64,000 nt of DNA from Bugula neritina (lineage: Eukaryota > Animalia > Bryozoa): positions 3,772,722 through 3,836,721 of the forward strand of contig OZ037766.1 of assembly GCA_964035545.1 (NCBI GenBank). Reading direction: 5' to 3'. Below are positions 54,324 to 64,000 of this stretch, in pieces. The number at the start of each line of letters is the position of its first letter. Position 1 is the first letter of the stretch. Made by a program: the position numbers and the translations under genes. Under the pieces are notes generated by a model. The model saw only the letters and a list, made by a program, of their open reading frames with translations, was not told the DNA's origin and made no database searches.

Positions 54324-57300
54324 GTGCCAGAAGATATTAACTCTATACATGCTGATCTGGAATAATCTTTTGTTCTAATCCCTTAAATTAAAAGACTTAA
54401 GGCAAATCAGACTTTGGTATGTAGCTTCCATTTTTTATATTTAGTACCACTTGCTGTTGTTATTATTAGCACTAATTAAAAACTCTATAGAATTACTCTA
54501 ACGAATAATTAAGCAAACATTTAATGCTATTAAAAGTCTACTTCAGACCATCGGTATAACATAACGAATATTACTTATAAAATCTTCTATATGCTTTGTA
54601 AAGGAACTGGTTGAGTTGCAATAGCTTGAGGTCTTTTGATTCACATGGCGCTGAATGGGTTTACCCATTTACACGGTTGCACCAGCTTTATAGAAGTGAG
54701 ATTCTCTGGCTATGCTAGTTGAAGCTATTCTAGCAACGTGTATATATGTATCAGTTATAGAGTCTATCTAAGCAGTTAAAGTTTAGTCCTCCCTCCCCCC
54801 CCCCCTCTTCCAGTTTTGAAAACTATGAATAGTAATTTGTTATCGCTACACAGCTAAAAAGGCAAAAGGTGATATACTACTATAATTATTTCATTTTTTA
54901 CTGTTATGTGTTTGTTACTATGAAGTTTTATAGCTCATCAGTTATCAATTAATTGAGCTATATCTAAAGTAAAAATACATATATATAATGTTACTTGAAT
55001 ATGCTAGCCAATAAGAATATTGGATTTCTGGCACACGTTCGGCACACAGCGCATTAGATATAAGATATTTTAATTACTGCCGCAATCCATCATCCTAAAA
55101 ATGGAAAAGATTAATAGCAGGACACAGGAAAAACATTTAAGTTTGCACTAACACAATACTTGTAACGGAAGGAATTAAAATAATTGTGTTCTTAATTAAT
55201 TAACTAATTATTGCACTGCTCAATTCTGGGAGTAAAAATAAAAATCAATTTCTGGTAAAAGTTTCCTTCTGAAGCTGAGATTTCAAATTATTTTATAGCA
55301 GCTGTTTCAGCAAGCTTTCACCTTGCTAGTTTTGAGAGCCATTTGTTTATTCTTGTTATCAATATTTTCCAAATCCTAGATATGTGAGCCATGTAGCTTT
55401 TAAGTAGTTATGTTTTTAATTTTATTTCCAAATTTTTGATCAACTGAAAATGTTTAGCCCCTTAAAGATTTATCAATTGAAAATTTGTGCAAGAAGTCCT
55501 TTACAAACTGCTTAATGTTTTGCTATTTGCTTAACCCAACTATAGCTACTCAAACATTTATTTACTAACAACATCATGATAAATTATATAAGATAATTTA
55601 CTGTATTAGAATTATATAGTTTCATAATTTTTTGAATATTTGAATAAATTCCAAACTAATTATCAAATAATTATTATATATTCTAAACTTTTTTCAATAT
55701 AGGCTTATATATACATGCTAGTAGTATCTGAAGCCTGCAAATGAACCACCGGTGATTTGGCTTAGAGAAACCACCTAAGTCTTGGCTTTTACTTCAGGCC
55801 AACCCATTGGGGATTTCAGGAAAGATGTCCAATCAACTTATCATGTAGAAATAGTATAACATTGATAGTTGTCATTAATTGTTAGGCTTTAGTAATTGCT
55901 ACAAATACCAACAGCAAGTTTAATAAAATGTCAAAATATGCATAATGATAACAACAGTTTTTAAAGTCAGATGCATATGTAAAGTTTATATAATATAATT
56001 TAAATTATATTTTAGTCCAAGCTTTTACAAAATATAACAGATGATTAAGCTTGGAGCTTGAAAAACGGTTACCTGTGCAGGCCACCTTGGTGAGAAAGAT
56101 GAGAAATTGCGAAGCAGAATATTCAACATAGCTATACAGAGTCATCCAAAAATATTCCAAATTTAACTTATCTTCAGGCTTCACTTAAAAATATTATACT
56201 GAGATTTACCTGGAAAACATTGTTGCTGTTTATATTGGCTATATCTAGAGGTGGTTGGCATATATGCAAGTATAGATTACAGTTGAGTAGAACTTTGCTA
56301 TAGGGGTCAGAGGTTAAAATAGGTTTTTATGTAGCCAGAACACACTAAAGCCTCCAGCGACCAACATGGACTTATTCTGTTTAGGAATCTCATCAACTTA
56401 TTTTTCAAGTTGTCTTCTCCTCCTATAATAGTCTTCAGCCCAGTGTAAAAGGTTTGTAATGTAAAGAGCCATATATTGTTATTGTGGATTATTTTATCTG
56501 CTTCATATAAAATTAATTAGTAGTCAGTAAAAGTATCTTTTAAAGTTTATTGGTTGATTGCGAAGCTGGCATAGCCTTGGGGTGAGAGGAATTGCTTTCT
56601 CAAAAGATAGCTGTTTCTTATTACTGTAGGTAAAAAGTTTTGTCACATATTATATTTTTGTTGCATTTTTTTTCTGAATAAGCTCTCATGGAGAAAGCTT
56701 TAAAAAGCTTTCAGTTAAATAGCTAATGTTTTTGTGTATACTGTTTTCTATCTCTGTACTACTCAACTATCAAACATGTCCTGTGCACAATAAAGCTTAT
56801 TTATCATATTCCTTTACTTTCTACAGTTACTCTACATACTTTGGAAAAGATAAAATGCAATGAAATGCAAATTGTGCACATATACCGCAATAGGAAACAG
56901 CAGTACTGCTTCAACGCAAGCATATTACATCTTTCTCAGTGAAGTATGCTATTTGAAACTTAGCAAGCATGTAAATATGAATAGCGAAATATAATCTCAT
57001 ATTTTTCAGGCACATCTTACTGGTATATTATAAAATGAGAATATAATATCAATATATTTATCAGCACAATAGTAATGAAGACGACCTTCATTGCACAATA
57101 TCACACTTCTCTATTTCACTAACAGTTGTTCTGCTATCAGGCTAGCTGAGTCAGAAATCAAGCCACCGCGTGCCAGTTACCAACTAAAATATATTATCAT
57201 TCTTCATGTGTGAATTGATTGTATGCAATGGAACCGGTATTGAGCTAAAATTCTTTCAATCGATTGAGGCAAATAAAAGTTTTCAAGCTGCTTAAACTAA

Positions 57301-57853
57301 TAGGAACAAGTAATTCTGTTATAGCCATGAATTACTTTGAGACACTGGAATGAGATATCAGCATTTCTGACAAATTATAACAAATAATTATAAACATGGG
57401 TAAAATACAGCTCAACTTATAGAAAATTTAAGCTAATCATCCCATTAAATCTGCATAGCTAACTGGGCTGCAGATTGTTTACAAGCATCAGAATGTCCCA
57501 TAATCCCCCTCCCTAAGTTGTTACAATTAGGTATAATTAATTTTCTTTTTTATTTTCGGATTGCTACTAAAAAACTTATATTTTAACCGAATGTAATATA
57601 ATACAAATTAATGCAAATTAATGACAAAATATGCAGCTATATACTTTGTTTTGTGATCAATGAAGTTTCATAAAAACCAATGGGGGGGGGGGTAAAGGAT
57701 GACTGAAGCAGAACTGTATAGCTGGTGGTAATCCATGCATGCAATTGAGAGCAATTTATTCAATGAAACTGTATTCTTTTATTAAAGATCAAACCCTGTA
57801 CAAATAGGCTTTCATCTTATGTAACCTGAACAAATAGAAATATTATAGCGTGT

Positions 57854-57990
57854 GGGAGCAGCCATGGTCTAGGTAAAGACAAAGTCAATGGTTTGAATCC
57901 CATTAAAGGCTATTGATGATGCTAGAAATGACATCCAATCATAATTGCTCTTTTACCGTAATAAAAAGCATGTCTAAGATAGTGAATATA
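57854..57990 (+). mobile_element. Degenerate tRNA-derived SINE remnant
   Basis: A-box-like catggtctagg and B-box-like ggtttgaatccc, followed by a SINE-core-like segment (gctattgatgatgctagaaatgacatccaatcataattgctc). Confidence 0.35.
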
Positions 57991-59050
57991 AACCCACTGT
58001 GGGTCGGACACAACTTGAATATTGTTCAATTCTATAGCAACCATGGAATAAATTATTTCTATCAATGCTAGTTCTCTTTTGCATCTGTTCTTTAGTATGA
58101 GTCATAAGCCATTTTATTGTAACCTATAATTACAAACACGGTTCTCAAAAAACATTAATAAAAACATTTGCATCTCAATTTAGAATGTTATTGTACATTC
58201 ACTAAGTTGTTTTACAGTCAGGTTTTCATTAACAATTAGGACATTTCTCATTTTTAATGTTCCATGTGAATTGTTTTTAAAATTCCTTTGTTGCCATGCC
58301 AACAAAACAAGGAAATATTGTGTTGTGTGGCAATAACTGAGAGCACATTTTTGTGGACAAAACTCACTGGTGGAGACGGTAAGATTTCCCGATTTCATGC
58401 GGGTTTGACTTTTGAATCGGTCACACATGACTGCTCTCACAAATTGCCTAACATCAGTACTGTTCGAATCAACAGTGAATATGTTTAAATAAAGGAAAGG
58501 CTCGCTGCTCAACCGTGACCACATTATAGCAGCTAAAAAACACGGTATAGATATTAGAATCTTGGGCTATAACGCAGTTACTTCCTTGTATCCTATGATT
58601 TAACAAGGCATGGCAATAGACTGTAGGCTACAGTAACATCTGCTGTGGAGATAGAAACTACACACCAGGGTAGGATCTGTAGAAGTTACAGTGTACAATT
58701 AGCCTGGCTTTTTCTATAACTCTTATCTCTAAATATCAGTTTTTACACTGTGCTGGAATCAGTACAGGTCATCTATCACAGGTACGTTGCTACATTATAT
58801 CGCAATTTGCAACTTATTTGAATATCTATGTTTTAACCCATGCTGCTCTCTGTATCTAAATCACGTGTGACATGATATACATTTCTGTATATTTATATGT
58901 AATGTTTTACAATTTCTTGCAGCAAATTCAGTTTGAAGACAATCCAAAAACACAAAGTTTTATTGAACTTGTCCTGTTTATTATCAGCTTTGACAAGAGT
59001 ATTTTCTGCTTTATATTTTGTTACAATAATTTGTTACAGGAGCATAAAGA

Positions 59051-59870
59051 ATGACAACTGAAATCTACGTCACGGTGGCCATAATTGTGGTGGTCTGTAA
59101 AATAGCATTCTGGGCACTTTGGTGTTTGTGTAAAAACCGTGCAGCAGAGCACAGGGTATGTTTCTTAGTCAGTTTGTTCTTCACAAGTTGCATGGCATTG
59201 TCTTTTTGTCTGTGAAGAATAATGTAATGTAAACAATATGCCCATCCTTATGCAATCGTTATATGTATGAGTCATCCTATATTATCCGGGTATTTTATAT
59301 TGTACAGTTATTCTATCTATTAGCAGTTCTTTTTTATTATATAAGCATTCTATACTATACATTCCTTATACATTATACAAGTATTACATTTTAGGCAGTA
59401 ATTATATATAAGGCATTCATAATAAGGTCGCCTATATCATTCTCGAAATTTCTTTATATAGTATATTTGCAAACATAATATATATGACGCAGTTTGCTTA
59501 TTGATAGCCAAACTTTTAAAAAACAAGAGTTATAATCTCTCCCAATTGTTTGATACAAAGTACTTTACATTATAAAGCTATTTAATACAAAGTATTGTAT
59601 ATTGTAAAGCTGTTTAATGTAAAATAAGTATGCTATATTATAAAGCTATATAGTACAAAGTACCTTATATTATGAAGCTGTTTATTATAAAGTATATTTC
59701 ATATTATAAAGCAAGAGGCAGTTCAAAAGTCAGGAGTTACGTTTGTGAATCTGGAGTCTCGGATTGTTCAGCCTGAGGTACCTCAAGGAAATCACTCCTA
59801 CAACAGATTAGATGAAGAAGAAGGCGATGTACCGCCAGTCCCATCAGATCCCAGGCTATGTCCAATCTAA
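59051..59870 (+). CDS. Small single-pass membrane protein, 87 aa
   Basis: Exons 59051-59155 and 59712-59870 (phase 0): MTTEIYVTVAIIVVVCKIAFWALWCLCKNRAAEHR|QEAVQ...SYNRLDEEEGDVPPVPSDPRLCPI*; upstream non-coding donor at ~58781. Confidence 0.68.
59550..59712 (+). repeat. Degenerate ~33-nt repeat ending in the acceptor tataaag|c
   Basis: Variants of acaaagtac...atattataaagct occur ~5 times; the last copy is the exon acceptor. Confidence 0.65.
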
Positions 59871-62800
59871 CAGTATGTATTAGCCTAGCCTTAGTACCAA
59901 CTTTTCAGACAGCCTTACTATGTTAAGTTTTAAAAAATAGCTAAAGTAGTTCAAATTACACCTGATACTAAACCATTCAGATAAAACATTATATACTATC
60001 AATATTTCATAAACCTGTTTGTTTCAAAGTGGCCAACGTTTAATTTTCTTGTCCGGAATCTTGAAGTAATATCGGAAGTGGTAAGTTGCTAACAGCTGGT
60101 TTATGCTACTCAATAAGGTGTTTATAAACTCATCTCAAGTGTAAGAAGATGTAATACATATTATTTCTCAAACTCTGGCTTTCCTACAAAATTGTACTGG
60201 GCACACTCATCAGGTATGCAGGAAGTTCTAAAATCCAGGAGAACTAGCCAACTCTTTGGCATGTTGAGTTTTAATTTGATTCTATTGCAAAACATTGTTT
60301 TTATGGCTATTAATGATTTTGCTAGAGTTTCCCATGATTCATTTCTAATTTTGAAACAATTCGCCTACAGAAATATTGGACATAGGAAGGTGCATAGTAA
60401 GCCACTTCCTTCTAAATCAAGTTGAAAGTTATGAAGCAACTTCGCTTTGCTCTTGAAGATGATTTCAAAACATAAAGTTGCAATAATATGAATATATTAA
60501 CAGTGGCACAGTGATTTAATTTTGGTGTGATTCAATGTTAAATTAGCTCCAAAACACCATTTCTATTGTAGTAGCTCTTTAAAACTCTTTAAAACAGATT
60601 GTGTCCTTATCTGTATTATATGTTTGAAGTAATGAAATAGTAATTATTTTCTTATATGAAGTATAGCTAATGGAAGCTACTATACAAACAATATTCTTGT
60701 AAACTCGCCCAACCAACTGGCTTGTTAACTAAAATGTCATGTTTAAGTAATATAAGAAAATTCAATGCAACATATATTATTGACACACTTTCCTGGTAAA
60801 TATACATTAATTGCTTGTTATCAAAGTATTTGGAGAGGCTGTTGAAAGAAACATAGCAACTTTGTGGGAAATCCTAAGACAATTACTGAAATTAGATGAT
60901 GGGTGTGAGAAGCCATTCGAAAAATAGATATGAGGTCTTTAAAGATCTTAGGCTAACTTTATCTGTGATAAAGCAAACACTGCAGTGCTGTTATATTATA
61001 GACAAGTTATTTCATACACAGTTCCGTCAAGTGCTAAAAGCAACCACTCCAGTGTTTCTAAGTGTACATAATAAATACTTTTGTGCGATTGCACCAGATT
61101 GTGCTTCACAACAAGGTTACTCTTACAAGTAACTTAATGCATGCAGTATGTATTATGTAGCAGAACCTCTGTTGTAGATCTCTTGGCACACTACCAAGCA
61201 AACATCTGTGATAACCCAGTAGTATGACAATGTAGTCAGAAATATTATAATACATGTGCATATTTTCCTAAACTCACTGACAAAGACAGAAATAAAGAGT
61301 GCTTCCATTTAGCCAGAATCTCAACAGATTGTGACAGTGGTAATTATGTAGAAATGTTGAGAGGCTGGTTGGAGGTATAGCCAGAAGCCCTTAATTTACT
61401 TAGCAACATCTGAAGAGAATATAGCTAATATTATACAGTTAGGGCATAAGCTTATATAATATACTCTTTTGTAAGTGATGTCAACTTGATTTCTAAATCA
61501 GTTGCATTTTTATAACTGTGAGTTTATTGTGAAAATTTGCATTTTTTGTCATGTTTTCAAAAGCCTGCACTTCACTCTGACATTTTTATAAGACTTTTGA
61601 ACTTCCTGTAGTTGCAATCATTACATTTGCCTACTTTTTATTATTATACAGCGTAGAGGTTTTCCAGTTCTTCACCTTTACGTATCAATTATTTATACTA
61701 ATATAATGTTTTCATTTATAGACTTATATAACGCTTTGCATACATGCACATTTTATGTAAAGAAAGTAAAATTGTATTTCATTTGTATATAATAGATATT
61801 TTTACAAATAAACAAGCCCGCAGCATTAGTTTTATGTACGCTGGTTGCAGCAAACAAATTAAAAAAAGCAGCGTAAAGAAATTCAATGGCTTACATTAAT
61901 TTTTAAAGGCAATATAAAAAGTTCAAATACATCTATTTGAAGTTTTTTATAATTTCAAAAATTATCATACGCATTTAAATCATTTTTAAATGTTGAGAAT
62001 GAAAATACAATCTATTACAATCTATTATAGAAATTCTAGAATGATCTATTTGTTTAATAGCAAAAGCTTCATCATGTCTACTAACGTAACATCAGTTCTG
62101 AAGCTAAACTTTGCCATAACATCGGATCTAGTTTGTTAATGATACTATACAAATAATGTTTATACCTATTTATAACGTCACAACTTGATAAGAAGCAGGA
62201 AATAATGCTAATGGAGAACTATAAAACTATTAAATATTTTATTGCACTCTACTTAGTACTATGGCATACATTATCTTGATGTTATCAACAGTTACTATGC
62301 ATATAATCTACAATTAAAGACTTGATAAAATGTTGCCATATTACTATATATGGTCTGTAGATAAAAATATCATACAGTCAAGTGGAGGTAACTTCCTACT
62401 TCTTATTACAATTATTTACTGTATAGTAATTCACAGAAATCACCTGTCAAAAGTATTTCAATTTGATTTATTGACTCAAAGTACTACTTAGCTGTTAAAC
62501 AATTAGCCTTTTATCTGAATTAGAAATAAAGTGTGCTTTTTGGTAACGAAATTCACATCATGCATAATGATGTGAAACTACAAGAGAGTCACTGTTGAAG
62601 CCTTCTTTTTCGACATTTATACAAGAACACAGGCTATTGGTATTGAGAGTTTCTTACTTTTTACATTTTTTCTCACTTTTATGGCAGCAGTGAGAAAATA
62701 TTTAAGTTTGAAATATAATTTTTGTTTGAGTTTTCAAGGTCAATATTGCAAACGTTTTTGCAAGAATGCCTTATTACTTTGAGTGAAGCAAATAAAGCTA

Positions 62801-64000
62801 ACAAATGCTACGAAGTATCCTTTTAGAAAAGTTACTGTTATTGAACTATTTGCAAGCTTAAATCAGTGAGATTTAGAGTTTCTCTACAGCTATGTGTAAA
62901 AATTACAGGTAAAATTTCAACAAAATTATAAAAATATATCTTTATACTGAAACTCGTTTACAGCTCCTAGATAATTATCTTCTTATATAATACTGTTGTT
63001 ACTTCCAGTGATATGGGATTGCATTATAAAGAAAAGCTATAACAGTACAATGTATATAAGGCTGGTTTTTGATACATTGAACTTGTTAGATAGCACATTT
63101 TCCCTTTGGTTACTGCAGCCTGAAAAATGGCAAGCTAAAAATAATTTGATAAAGCTTTGATGTAATCTCATTGCAAAGTTTTAATTATCAAATGATATGA
63201 TGCCTTATACTTGAACATTTGTGTTTGGAAGCTTGCCAAGAAAGTATTCTCTCGGTAGTTGATATAAATTATGAGACATACTTTTTGATTGTCTGAGCTA
63301 ATGGCCCGATAAGAATTAAGGTATTCTTCATATCATACCAACTAATACGAAATTTTACTTCGTATAATCTTTTGGCATATTGCCATATTACTAGGATACG
63401 ATGAAATATACACAATATTTATCACAAAGTCCTAATTTTAAGTCATTGCCAAAATAGCTCAACTATAGGTAATGGTGCAAATAATTCATTTAGACTGTGC
63501 ATCTCTATAAAGCTATGGTTCCTAACCTTTTTCACAGTTTTACTATACTGGATCACCAGTAAGTTTCAAAAGCCAAGACTACATTTTCAGCTCATTTAGC
63601 ATCAGTCATAATCAACAAACCTTTTAATAGAACTTCCTAAGTCTGCAGTAATTTACTGCCCTCATTCTCAATAGAAAATGACTACGAATTAAGGCTAGAG
63701 AGAATCAAAGCAACACGTATAAGCTGTTGACTTTCTATACTCAAAGACAAGTGCTAAATGACGTAAGTACTAAGGTAAGTAATATAATACTCTTGTGACT
63801 TGTTGTAAAAATTGTATAATCAGTTGTATATCTTGTAGGGTATTAGCAATCTATAACAAAAATTTGCATACAAATTAGCAACATAAACATAACTGTATAT
63901 TATATCATGAAGTTAAAAAGTTTGGTTGGGTTGCATTAATTTTAAATCTATACTCCATGACTTTTTGAACAAATAAATTATTAAGTGCAGGTTTTATGTA

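Noticed and set aside
58180-58524. Overlapping 114-aa and 66-aa ORFs
   Set aside because: No motifs, no convincing splice context, non-ATG starts.
63757-63780. TGACGTAA plus AAG|GTAAGT as the first exon of a downstream gene
   Set aside because: Plausible, but there is no downstream exon within the window to support it.

Overview
AT-rich, intron-containing animal (invertebrate, probably lophotrochozoan) genomic DNA; I built all gene models by hand from GT-AG sites and intron phase, with no transcript evidence. In order the window holds: (1) the 3' end of a CCDC82/DUF4211-like gene; (2) a ~42-kb, ~63-exon gene for a giant signal-peptide-bearing mosaic protein of roughly 3,500 aa, with about 13 Sushi/CCP, about 9 WSC(-like), 7 C-type lectin, 2 F5/8-type-C (discoidin) and 1 pentraxin/LamG domain plus 4 short Cys linker modules; (3) an ARMH2-like gene; (4) two convergent, paralogous secreted Gly/Tyr/Leu-rich (shematrin-like) genes; (5) a small single-pass membrane protein gene. 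The most unusual signal is at 26.6-35.6 kb, where two sets of phase-1 exon blocks are interleaved. One WSC domain is split by a pentraxin-discoidin-C-type lectin cassette, and one Sushi domain is split by another WSC domain, which suggests two mutually exclusive multi-exon splicing paths or nested domains. A second signal is a set of minisatellites made from copies of the gene's own splice junctions, two of them in frame and stop-free. The window also has a duplicated three-exon Sushi cassette and a nested foldback DNA transposon with ~860-bp inverted repeats.
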